From: a virus
Taxonomy: Duplodnaviria; Heunggongvirae; Uroviricota; Caudoviricetes
IMG/VR virus record: IMGVR_UViG_3300027692_000003
Direction: 5' to 3' (one strand)
Length of the DNA stretch: 64,000 nt
Under the pieces are notes generated by a model that was not told the origin of the DNA, made no database searches, and saw nothing but the letters and a program-made list of their open reading frames with translations. Positions 1-8,645 of this stretch are shown piece by piece (positions within the stretch are counted from its first letter, which is position 1; each line of letters begins with the position of its first letter). The translations under genes and the position numbers were made by a program.

Positions 1-1400
1 GTGACTGAGACGGGCCATTCCGGAACCCTTCGCCGCCGGACCGCCTGCTCAGGGCGAAAGTGGCTGAGACCCGATCTTGTCGGTCAGTCCTAGGGCGGAT
101 GCAACTGAGACTGCGACCTCCCGAGGCCGGTGCCTGGAATGGCAATGACCGGAACGCCACCTCGGAGAGAACTCTGCTGAGACGTTAGACGCGAGTGCAC
201 GGCCTGGTGGCTGACGGTGCCGGGACGCCTGCTCAGGGCGAAGGTGACTGGGACCTCTGCCACGCGTGGGACGACCGGCGCGGTGTTGCTGTCCGGACGC
301 CTGCTCAGGGCAAACGAGGATGGCTGAGACAAACGCCTCTACGTGCTCAGGGTGCCTGGCAGCCGCGGGCCGGGACGCCAGCTCAGGGCGACGGCCGCTG
401 AGACCGCTCGGTCATCGCCGGGAACGATCTGCTCGGCGATCGCCGGAACGTCCGCTCAGGGCGAGCGACACTGAGACAGAGCAGATCGGAAGATCCGGAG
501 CGGGGACCACCCCCCGGCCGGAACGTCAGCCCGGAAGATGACTGAGACCTTTGAGCCAGCTCAGGCACCCCTCCTAGACGCCTGGCCGTAACGCCAGCTC
601 AGGGCGAATGCTTGTGAGACGAATGCGACGGCTACTACACCGGCCCGGTGAAAGGCGCCGGAACGCCCGCTCGGGGTGATGGTGACTGAGACCGCTCGCA
701 TGTGGTCGAGGTCGCACACGGCAGCCCGGGCCGGAACGCCAGCTCAAGGCGAGAGTGACTGAGACACCGTAGTCGTCAGTCCTCAAGTCCGCGAGCAGGC
801 CGGTCGGGGACGCCAGCTCAGGGCGACGCTTCTGAGACGGGACCGCGTGAAGGAAGCGTTCAAGACGTACGGACGCCGGAAGGCCGGCTCAGTGCGAATA
901 AGGCTGAGACGCTACCCTGCTCGTCCACTTTGACCGCAGGCCATCGACGGAATGCCAGCTCAGGGCGGCGTGCCTGAGACTCCTTCGATACCGACGACTA
1001 CCCGCTTGAGGCGCGGGCCGGAACGCCCGCTCAGGGCTTACGCGACTGAGACATAGCCGGGTTGCGTGAGTGCGGCCTGGACCCATTCGCCGAACCCGCC
1101 CGCTCAGGGCGATGCAACTGAGACGGTGATTGATGCGTCAACGATGATGTCAGTAGTTTCCTGCCGGAACGCTAGCTCAGTGCCGTTGCTGCTGAGACGC
1201 CCACAGCCCGCCGTCCACCAGGCGGAGGTGCTCGCGCCGGAACGACCGCTCAGGGCGATCGGTTCTGAGACCACCTGTCGGTGCTCGCCTTGCTCTACGT
1301 CGAGTCCACCGGAACGCCAGCTCAGGGTTATCGCGGCTGAGACTGATGCTCTGTCTCGTTACCATCGCCCGGAACGCTAGCTCAGTGCGATCGCCTTCTG
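1..1400. CRISPR. CRISPR-like array of >=20 degenerate 35-nt hairpin repeats with unique 25-39-nt spacers; truncated at window start; no cas genes in window
   Basis: Manual alignment gives period 69-75 bp. Conserved blocks CCGGAACGCCAGCTCAGGGCGA and CTGAGAC flank a 6-8-nt variable segment. CTCAG/CTGAG are reverse complements, so each unit is a hairpin with the variable segment in the loop. Intervening sequences are unique. The last copy (1365-1400) is the most diverged. Confidence 0.45.
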
Positions 1401-1602
1401 GACCAGATCCATGGAGAGAGGGCTGGCGCGCGAGTGTGGTAGCTCACGGCCTGCGGATTTTCTGATTCGGCAGGTTCCCTAGCGATTCCGGCACAGCGCC
1501 TATTGTGCTGTGACAGCCACCCTGTGGTCGCGTTGGCGGCAGGGCAGGCATCCGCCCGGGGGATGGCGACGCGAGCCCGGCGGCGGTCGTGCCGGGACGA
1601 AC

Positions 1603-1640
1603 CCTCGCGGAATCACAGCTCAGGGCCTGATCCAGCTGAG
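1603..1640. repeat. Isolated extra copy of the array repeat (cgcggaatcacagctcagggcctgatccagctgagac)
   Basis: Matches the CAGCTCAGGGC...CTGAGAC blocks about 200 bp past the array end, inside a non-coding stretch. Confidence 0.4.
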
Positions 1641-1767
1641 ACCAGTTCATCTTGGGCAGCGGCCGGCGCTTCTGGTCCCGGTGCTGCGTTGTTACTGCCT
1701 CGGTGTCCTTGTGCAGCTATTGTTGTCCTGTTCCGGGCGCGCCCGTACGTGACCGGGTGGGAGCCGC

Positions 1768-2481
1768 ATGTCACCGACGAGAAGGAGAACCCCCGCGTTG
1801 AACAGGACGCTCACCGGGATCATCACCACGACCCTCACCGCCGCAGCCCTCGCAGGATGCGGCAGCACCCACAGCCAGCATCCCGCCGCCACCCCTTCCC
1901 CGGCCCCGCCAGCCAAGGCGAGCGCGTCGAGGGTGACGAAGGCCAGCGTCACCGAGTACGCCTCCGGTGCCATCTCCGGGAATACCGCCCTCGCCGGCCA
2001 CCTGTCCATCCCCCTGGACTGGACCGGCCCGGTAGCAACCTCAGGCGTGTTCACCACGACTGGCGGCCCCCGGAAAGGGGAGCATCACGTCTTCGTGACC
2101 GCGGCAGGGGACCTGGCCGCCGTCATCACCAGCGTGACCGGCCGCAAGCCGGACCTGCTGTCCCAGTCGACATGCGCGACGGTGTACACCACAACCGTGC
2201 AGTACACCGTCGACGGGATAGACAGCACCAGGGTGTTCGCAGGGGCCTCAGGTCACGGCACCGCAACGGTCACGTTCCAGGGCGACATGCCGAAGAAGAA
2301 CGGGGCGTGCGACACGGCGAGCAGCGCCACCCCGCCGGCCGCGACAGCGACCGCCGAGTTCGCCAGCACGACCACACTCCGCCTGGCCAGCAAGACGCCC
2401 GCGCAGGCACAGGCCAGCCCCGCACCGGCGCCGTCGGCTACCGGGCCGACACCTACCACGACCGGGACGACGGCCGGATAG
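1768..2481 (+). CDS. Ala/Thr-rich lipoprotein (signal peptide with lipobox LAGC)
   Basis: N-terminus MSPTRRRTPALNRTLTGIITTTLTAAALAGCGS. Low-complexity Ala/Pro/Thr C-terminus. Confidence 0.55.
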   Translation: MSPTRRRTPALNRTLTGIITTTLTAAALAGCGSTHSQHPAATPSPAPPAKASASRVTKASVTEYASGAISGNTALAGHLSIPLDWTGPVATSGVFTTTGGPRKGEHHVFVTAAGDLAAVITSVTGRKPDLLSQSTCATVYTTTVQYTVDGIDSTRVFAGASGHGTATVTFQGDMPKKNGACDTASSATPPAATATAEFASTTTLRLASKTPAQAQASPAPAPSATGPTPTTTGTTAG

Positions 2482-2483
2482 GT

Positions 2484-2525
2484 GCTGCCGCGGCAGCGGC
2501 CAGCCCGAGCCGCTGCCGCAGCCCG
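2484..2525 (+). terminator. GC-rich palindromes (GCTGCCGCGGCAGC and flanking) after the lipoprotein stop
   Basis: Perfect 14-bp palindrome immediately 3' of the stop codon. No T-run. Confidence 0.2.
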
Positions 2526-2660
2526 CACGTCGCGCACCACAGCCCTCGCTCATCCTGCTCGGGCAGGCACGGGCAGAACACGTCGGCATGGCTGATCCCG
2601 CACGGTGTCACCGTGGCACGCCACTGCCAGTACCATCGCCGGGCTTCCCGCAGCTGCCAC

Positions 2661-2960
2661 TCAGCGAGCACGGCCTGGCCAGCGGATGACACTGGCAGCC
2701 AGGGAGCTGCCGTTACCTACCATCAGAGGCATGGATCTCCTTGAGGACCCGGCCTCGAAGCCGCCCGCGGCCAGGAGGTCAGTCCAGCCCTTGCGGTCCT
2801 CGGGGCGGCTGGCAGTCGCGGACACCCCGTTGTCCGTGAACTCGCCGATGACTTCCCAGCCCCGGCCGGCGGCGTACTTCCTCCCGGCGTCAAGCTGCCG
2901 GTCGATCGACACGGACTCTTCCTTGGTGACACTGAGCCGGGCATACAGGACACAGCGGTG
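2661..2960 (-). pseudogene. Serine recombinase (resolvase) N-terminal catalytic-domain fragment, truncated
   Basis: VLYARLSVTKEESVSIDRQLDAGRKYAAGRGWEVIGEFTDNGVSATASRPEDRKGWTDLL matches the resolvase catalytic-Ser motif (YxRxS...Q). The expected DxLVVxxLDRLxR segment and the recombinase domain are absent, and the frame degenerates. Confidence 0.5.
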
Positions 2961-3318
2961 CACGCCTCCTGACGGGTTCACGGGCGGCGCTCCAGGCAGT
3001 CCCGGCACCCGAACGCGGGTGAGCTGCACACCAGGGCGCCTAGCCGGCCGCAGCTCCCGCAACTGGACACCTCGCCCGCTGGGAGCGCCCAGAGCACGAG
3101 ATTGTCCGTCCTCCCGCAGGTACTACAGGAGGGCCTGCCGTCCGCAGCCTTGCAGTCGGGAGCAAGGAGCATCATGGTCAGGAGCCGCTCGGCCAGCATC
3201 TCGTCGATGACGGGCAGCGGCCCGCTGGCACTCACAGCACAGTCCCGTCTCCAGTTGGTAGCCGGCTGGTCACGATCCTGAGGATACGCCAGGGCCGGAT
3301 GTGACAGTATGCAGTCCC

Positions 3319-3588
3319 ATGACGACACTGATCGAGGATGTGGAAGTCCCGGCCGGGCACGGCATGATGAGCACCCTCAAACCGGAGCACGGCGACCTGC
3401 GGGTCATGTGGGACCCCGACGTCGACGACGAGGTCGAAGCCGCCAGGGCACAGTTCAACGAGCTCCGGGCAAAGGGATACCTCGCCTACAGGGCGCAGGG
3501 CAGGCGCGGTTCCCGCGGGGAGGTCATCCGCGAGTTCGACCCCGATGCGGAACGGATCATCCTGGTCCGCCAGAACGTCGGCGGCTGA
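3319..3588 (+). CDS. hypothetical protein
   Basis: ORF MTTLIEDVEVPAGHG...; balanced charged composition, unlike wrong-frame Arg-rich artefacts. Confidence 0.45.
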   Translation: MTTLIEDVEVPAGHGMMSTLKPEHGDLRVMWDPDVDDEVEAARAQFNELRAKGYLAYRAQGRRGSRGEVIREFDPDAERIILVRQNVGG

Positions 3589-4180
3589 CCGGTGCCCGCG
3601 CTGCTCACGGCCCCCAGCCCGCTGTACACCCCCCACGGGCGGCACGGCCCTGACGACGTTCACCAGCGACATCGTGTGGGCCAGCTGGAATACGACGTAC
3701 AGCACGACCAGCAGCTGGGGCAGCAACAGCCTGTACACCCTCAGTGCCGGGTACACGACGTCGAGCACGATCTGGACCGGGTGGAACACCGCCTGGCGGG
3801 AGTCCGCGGAACAGCGTGCCCGCAGGGAGCAGCACCAGGCCCAGGCCGCCAGCCGCCACCAGGCCAGGGCCGTCGCTTCCGCCCGCGCGGAGGAACTCCT
3901 CCTCGCCCTCCTCACCGAGGAGCAGGCCGCGACCTACCAGGAGCACGGCTGGTTCGAGGTCCGGGGGAGCCGCGGGGGACGGTGGCGGATCCGGAACCGC
4001 GGCCAGTCCGGCAACGTCGACCTGATGCCGGAAATCGGGGAGGAACGCCAGGCAACCTACTGCGCCCACCCGCCGGATCATCTACCCGACGCGGACGCCT
4101 GGATCGCCCAGATGCTGCACCTCGTCACCGACGAGGAAGGATTCCGGAAGGTAGCGAACCTGCACTGGCGGGCAGCCTGA
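3545..4180 (+). CDS. hypothetical protein (start uncertain; Ser/Thr/Trp-rich N-terminus)
   Basis: C-terminal 120 aa (EELLLALLTEEQAATYQEHGWFEVRGS...) look protein-like. Upstream part is low complexity. Confidence 0.3.
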   Translation: MRNGSSWSARTSAADRCPRCSRPPARCTPPTGGTALTTFTSDIVWASWNTTYSTTSSWGSNSLYTLSAGYTTSSTIWTGWNTAWRESAEQRARREQHQAQAASRHQARAVASARAEELLLALLTEEQAATYQEHGWFEVRGSRGGRWRIRNRGQSGNVDLMPEIGEERQATYCAHPPDHLPDADAWIAQMLHLVTDEEGFRKVANLHWRAA

Positions 4181-4193
4181 CTCCTGATGCACA

Positions 4194-4601
4194 ATGGAAC
4201 TCATGTACGAGTCACTGGATCAGTCCGCTGCGGCTACCGGTGACCGGATCCTCGCGGTTCAGATCCTCGCCACTGCCATCCGCCATGCACGGTTCGAGCC
4301 GCTGCCCCCGGATGAGGAAGCCGCCGCGGTGGCTGAGCTCCAGCAGCTGGCGGATGGCCGGGCTGGCCTCCTCGCCCGGGTCGCCGGGCTGTGCCTCGGG
4401 TTCAGCCCGGCCGGGCTGCCCGGTGAGGCAGACCGCAACGCCGGGGCACTGTGCATTACTGCCGGCGCGGATCCGGCCCTCATCCCGTACTGGACCCGGA
4501 TAGGGGAGGCACGGGCGCGGACGGCGAGAATGCCTGTCCCGCAGCTGGGCCACGCCCCCGCGCGAAGCTACCGGTTAACTGCGGCCGGCCCGCCGGCTTA
4601 A
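4194..4601 (+). CDS. hypothetical protein
   Basis: ORF MELMYESLDQSAAATGDRILAVQILATAIRHARFEPLPPDEEAAAVAELQQLADG... Confidence 0.4.
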   Translation: MELMYESLDQSAAATGDRILAVQILATAIRHARFEPLPPDEEAAAVAELQQLADGRAGLLARVAGLCLGFSPAGLPGEADRNAGALCITAGADPALIPYWTRIGEARARTARMPVPQLGHAPARSYRLTAAGPPA

Positions 4602-4829
4602 CCGTTTGCCGCCGACGTTCCTGATGGTGATCACGTGCGTACCCGACTTGGGGTAGGACTGGATCCCGGCCACATAGCAGTCGCCGTCCGTCACCAGGTT
4701 GTAGTCGTCCTTGATCAGCCGTGTCTCGGTGTCGCCGGTGCCGGTGTCTTCGGCGGTTACCCGCGTGCCGTTTCCGTCGCTCACCCGGCCCGCCCGCCAT
4801 CGGATGCCCACAGTTCCTCGGGTCCGCAC
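4575..4829 (-). CDS. hypothetical protein
   Basis: ORF ...RLIKDDYNLVTDGDCYVAGIQSYPKSGTHVITIRNVGGKRL. Confidence 0.4.
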   Translation of the reverse strand: MRTRGTVGIRWRAGRVSDGNGTRVTAEDTGTGDTETRLIKDDYNLVTDGDCYVAGIQSYPKSGTHVITIRNVGGKRLSRRAGRS

Positions 4830-5032
4830 GATATCCGGAACGCGGGCAGGTCATGGGTCCAGCCGAGGAACACCTCCACCGTGTTCCGGGCCGCGCCCGG
4901 GAGGAGCTCAGGTCCGGGAGCGTCCTGCTCGTAGATGCCTCGCACGAAGATACCGCTGTACCGTTCGCCGTCCACGGTTTCCGGCACCACGTCCAGGACC
5001 ACTTTCACGACATCGCCCCTGTTAACGGCCAT
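4781..5032 (-). CDS. hypothetical protein
   Basis: ORF MAVNRGDVVKVVLDVVPETVDGERYSGIFVRGIYEQD... Confidence 0.4.
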   Translation of the reverse strand: MAVNRGDVVKVVLDVVPETVDGERYSGIFVRGIYEQDAPGPELLPGAARNTVEVFLGWTHDLPAFRISCGPEELWASDGGRAG

Positions 5033-5066
5033 CAGGCCCGTACCGTCCTCTCCGCTGCCGCCGCTG

Positions 5067-5360
5067 TCATTGCCGTGCCTCAGCTGGTCCGGGAAGGTTC
5101 TCAGCCCGTACCTGTTCTGCGGTCGCGAGGAACTCTTCCACGACCGTGGCGTCGCATGGCTCGCCCGGCCATTCCGTCCACGCGTACAGGAGCCGGGTCA
5201 GGCGCCGCCACCCTGTATCGGTCATGCCGGGCACGGATGTGCCGACCCGGATGTGCCGGGATACGGCCTGCTGGCCCAGGCCGGTGAGCGCGGCGATCAT
5301 CTCCTGTGCCGGGAGCCGGACCTGACCTCGCGGGATCCGGGAGTAGACCGTCAGGATCAC
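5067..5360 (-). CDS. hypothetical protein
   Basis: ORF MILTVYSRIPRGQVRLPAQEMIAALTGLGQQAVSRHIR... Confidence 0.35.
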   Translation of the reverse strand: MILTVYSRIPRGQVRLPAQEMIAALTGLGQQAVSRHIRVGTSVPGMTDTGWRRLTRLLYAWTEWPGEPCDATVVEEFLATAEQVRAENLPGPAEARQ

Positions 5361-5711
5361 CTGGGCTGCGTCACCGAGGTACCGCAGCTCGCCGATGACG
5401 GGGGGATCACCGTCCCGTCATCCGGGGTCCGGAGGATCGCCCACGCGCCATCAGCTCGCCCGTACAGGGCGTAGTGGTTGCCGGCCATGCCTTATCCTCG
5501 CCGTCCGGTCGGTGCGGCTGGTTTTCTGGGTTCCCATACCGCCCATAGTCCGCATCCGCGGCACTGCCGCTGGGTGCAGGTGGCTCGCATGCGGTCCGCC
5601 CACTCGGACCACTGCAGGTAGCCGGCGGGGCTATCGGTGTGCGGCTCGCATTCCTCCGGATACGCCGGCGTCGCCGTGCAGCCGGTCATCGTGATGCGCT
5701 GCGGTATCACG

Positions 5712-5951
5712 CTAGTCAACCGGACCCCGGACAGCGATCCGTACCCCGCGTGATTCCAGCTCACTGATGATGTCCTGCTCGGTGCGGCCGTAGTGGAGCA
5801 CGATCTCCATCGCGGGCAGCCCCATCTCGGCCATCACGGCCGCGGTGACCAGGATGGGTTCCCCGGCGGCCAGCCGGGTGACGTTCTCCCCGGCGAGGCC
5901 GAGGAACAGGACCGGCAGTCCCTGCTTGTTCCTCGCCGTCCACTTGATCAT
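5712..5951 (-). CDS. hypothetical protein (start at internal MIKWTARNKQ)
   Basis: The upstream part of the track ORF is Ala/Arg-rich artefact. Downstream 80 aa are protein-like. Confidence 0.35.
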   Translation of the reverse strand: MIKWTARNKQGLPVLFLGLAGENVTRLAAGEPILVTAAVMAEMGLPAMEIVLHYGRTEQDIISELESRGVRIAVRGPVD

Positions 5952-6138
5952 CGCAGCTTCCTTCTCATCCCCCGGTACTGGGCACTGTGGGGGCACCTGC
6001 AGGCCAGGGTGCCGTCGGACAGGGCGTGCCACAGCCAGACGGGCCACAGCGGCGACAGCCACCCGAGCCACCAGCCGGTGCCGTCGGGTCTGCGGTCCTC
6101 AGCTCCCACCGGGCACCCCTGCGGCGGGGAGGTGCTGA

Positions 6139-6603
6139 TCAGCCCGTGCCGCTGCCACCGGCGGTCTCCTCTTCCTGGCCCGTGTACAGGATCCCGGCCC
6201 GCAGCCGCCGCCACACCTCGACGGCTTCCTCCCGCACCGTCATGCCCGGTGTCCCGCCGGTGCCCCCGTGACAGCGGCACCGGCCCTCATGATGGGCGAG
6301 GCTCCCGGTGACGTTCGCGAACAGGCATTCCTTGTGGACGTGACGGATCTCAGGCGGCGCGTCTTTCCCGAGCAGCGGCATCGCCTGCCCCGAGTCACCC
6401 GCGGCCTCGTCGAAGACCTCTTCGCAGTACAGGCACGACTCACCTGCGGGGAATGCCTTGCGCATCTCCTCGATGAGCCGGCCGGCTTCGTCATAGCAGA
6501 CATACGACCACCACGGCGGCCCGAACCAGCCGTGGTTCTCCCGCCGCACCTCAGCCGGCAGCCCGTCATACCGGGTGCTGACCGTACCTGGCGTGTCGCT
6601 CAC
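6139..6603 (-). CDS. hypothetical Cys/His-containing protein
   Basis: ORF MSDTPGTVSTRYDGLPAEVRRENHGWFGPPWWSYVCYDEAGRLIEEMRKAF...CLYCEE...HKECLF. Confidence 0.45.
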   Translation of the reverse strand: MSDTPGTVSTRYDGLPAEVRRENHGWFGPPWWSYVCYDEAGRLIEEMRKAFPAGESCLYCEEVFDEAAGDSGQAMPLLGKDAPPEIRHVHKECLFANVTGSLAHHEGRCRCHGGTGGTPGMTVREEAVEVWRRLRAGILYTGQEEETAGGSGTG

Positions 6604-6642
6604 AGTCCACGAGACTACGCGGCAGCCCCCGGCGCCAAACCC

Positions 6643-6894
6643 TCAGGTCCAGGCCATGGCGAACAGTCTCCTCAGGCTCGACGCCACCGAATCCTTGCTC
6701 AGCCCCGCCAGCTCGCCGAGCTCGGCCAGCGACGCGTCCGGATGCTCGATCCGCAGCCTCGCGGCTGCCGCGAGCGGAGGCGGGCACCGGTCACCGAGGC
6801 TGTCCAGCGCAGCCTGAGCGCGGACGCTGGCCTCAGCGGCAGCGGCCCGCTGCCGTTCCCCGTTGCTCGCGGCGAGCCGGCTGGTCCCGGTCAT
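6643..6894 (-). CDS. small HTH DNA-binding protein (WhiA C-terminal-like / sigma region-4-like helix-turn-helix)
   Basis: LRIEHPDASLAELGELAGLSKDSVASSLRRLFAMA resembles the WhiA C-terminal HTH. Confidence 0.45.
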   Translation of the reverse strand: MTGTSRLAASNGERQRAAAAEASVRAQAALDSLGDRCPPPLAAAARLRIEHPDASLAELGELAGLSKDSVASSLRRLFAMAWT

Positions 6895-7208
6895 GACCGC
6901 GGATCCGTCCCGCCGGCACCGTCCGGGCCGGGGTCGCCGTCCAGGTCGTCATCGAGGACCGCCGCGGCGTCGGCACGCCGGAGTTCACCGGGCTGTCCGT
7001 CATCGCCGGGAGGGCGGGGCTGGGCGGTGTCCATCACGTACCTCGCTGAAAGTGGGGGGCGGCTGCTTCAGTCCTCAATCTAACCGGGGTCTGCCGGCCA
7101 CCGGCGCAGCCCCTAGTAATAAGGTCACGCGGCCGGGGGAGGGGGCGGTGCTCTCGCCACGAGCCCGGCTGCCGGGTACTGGCGCCGCCGGCCCGTAGCG
7201 TTGACATC

Positions 7209-7439
7209 GTGCGTAACACCGACATCGCCGCCATCGCCCGCCTCCGGGCTTCCTTCCGTAACGGGACCGCACGGCAGGCACGCCTCGCCGCCGGGATCAG
7301 CATGGCAGAGATCGCATCTGCCACCGGGGTATCCCGGCAGGCCATCGGAAGCTGGGAACGATGCCGGAGCATCCCGTCCGCCGGGCATGCCCTCGCCTAT
7401 GCGAAGGCACTCGCCGCGGCGACGGCAGCGTCAGCGTAA
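7209..7439 (+). CDS. XRE/Cro-C1-type HTH transcriptional regulator (GTG start)
   Basis: AGISMAEIASATGVSRQAIGSWE is a canonical HTH_XRE motif. Lies immediately upstream of the integrase. Confidence 0.6.
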   Translation: MRNTDIAAIARLRASFRNGTARQARLAAGISMAEIASATGVSRQAIGSWERCRSIPSAGHALAYAKALAAATAASA

Positions 7440-7589
7440 CGCGCAAGCAGGGCGCAAGCATCGCGGTAACCATCCGGAAAGCAGCGAGCCGCCATACAAA
7501 GATAATTACTGTTATATTGGAGTCGACCCTAGTCTAGTTCTGATGGCAGGAAAACCGGGCTGATAGCCGCCAGGCGGAGGTGGAACCGC
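7440..7589. promoter_or_regulatory. Locally AT-rich intergenic region upstream of int (promoter and possible attachment-site region)
   Basis: gataattactgttatattggagtcgaccctagtctagttctgatgg is strongly AT-rich against a ~70% GC background. A short direct repeat gcgcaagca x2 lies at 7441-7460. Confidence 0.3.
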
Positions 7590-8645
7590 GTGACCGGAAT
7601 CGAGATCTGCCGGCCCGTCCCGGGCGGAGACGACGCGCGGCCATCGGCCGAACGGCTCGTGCTCAGCTGGCTGGCCACCAAGAGATCCGCGAACACCCGG
7701 TTCGGCTACGGCGCCGATCTCGGCGTGCGGCTCCTGCGTCCCGGCGCGGCCACCATCGGCGAACCACGCCCCGCCCGCGCACCGGACTGGCTCAGCTACT
7801 GCCGGATGGCCGGCGTCGATCCGCTCGGCGCGGTACTCGAGGAGCATGCCGCGGTCTGGATCCGCGGCATGGAAGCGGCCGGGCTCTCCCCGGCCACCGT
7901 CGCACGCAAGCTGTCAGCAGTGTCGTCCTGGTATGCATGGCTGAAGAGAAAAGGCCACGTCGCTGCCAACCCAGCCGAGGACCTGCCCCGGCCCTACGTC
8001 AACCCGGACATCTCCACGACTCCCGGCCTGACAAGGGATCAGGCACTCGCGATGCTCGCGGCCGCCGATGATGCGCCCTGGCCGCAGTCCGCCCGCAACG
8101 CCGCGCTGACGGCGCTCCTCCTGTTCACGGGGGCGCGGGTCAGCGAGGCCTGCGGCGCCGCCCTGGCCGACCTCGGGATGGACCGCGGCCACCGGGTGCT
8201 GTGGGTCACCCGCAAGGGCACTGAAGGCAGGCAGGCACTCGGGCTCCCGGCACCGGCGACCATGCGGCTGGACGCCTACACTGCCGGACGCGCCGACCTC
8301 GAGCGGCTGCCCGCCATCGCCGGGACCCGGGGACGTGACCGGCCGCTGATCGCCACATCCACCGGGAAGCCGATGCGGCCGGCCGACGTGTGGGAACTCA
8401 TGCGGCGCCTGGGCCGCGCCGCGAAGCTGCCCCCGGAACTGGTCGCGAGGATGGGCTCCCACTCAATGCGGCACAGCTTCGCCACCCTCTACCTTGACGC
8501 CGGCGGGAACCTGCGGGACCTGCAGGACGCCATGGGCCACAAGGACCCGCGGACGACACGCCGGTACGACCGGTCGCGGGGCGCCCTTGACCGCTCGCCG
8601 GGCTACAGGCTCGCTGAGTACCTCTCGGACGGAGACCGGGCATGA
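7590..8645 (+). CDS. int: tyrosine site-specific recombinase / phage integrase (Xer-like)
   Basis: C-terminal catalytic motifs ...GARVSEA..., HSMRHSFATLYLDAGGNLRDLQDAMGHKDPRTTRRYDRS (R..H..R..Y). GTG start. Confidence 0.85.
   Translation: MTGIEICRPVPGGDDARPSAERLVLSWLATKRSANTRFGYGADLGVRLLRPGAATIGEPRPARAPDWLSYCRMAGVDPLGAVLEEHAAVWIRGMEAAGLSPATVARKLSAVSSWYAWLKRKGHVAANPAEDLPRPYVNPDISTTPGLTRDQALAMLAAADDAPWPQSARNAALTALLLFTGARVSEACGAALADLGMDRGHRVLWVTRKGTEGRQALGLPAPATMRLDAYTAGRADLERLPAIAGTRGRDRPLIATSTGKPMRPADVWELMRRLGRAAKLPPELVARMGSHSMRHSFATLYLDAGGNLRDLQDAMGHKDPRTTRRYDRSRGALDRSPGYRLAEYLSDGDRA

Noticed and set aside
1503-2744. 413-aa plus-strand ORF spanning the array end and the lipoprotein gene
   Set aside because: His/Arg/Pro-rich wrong-frame product typical of high-GC DNA. 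It overlaps a better lipoprotein frame.
3232-3915. 227-aa minus-strand ORF
   Set aside because: Antisense to better plus-strand ORFs. Leu/Val/Arg-rich with no coding character.
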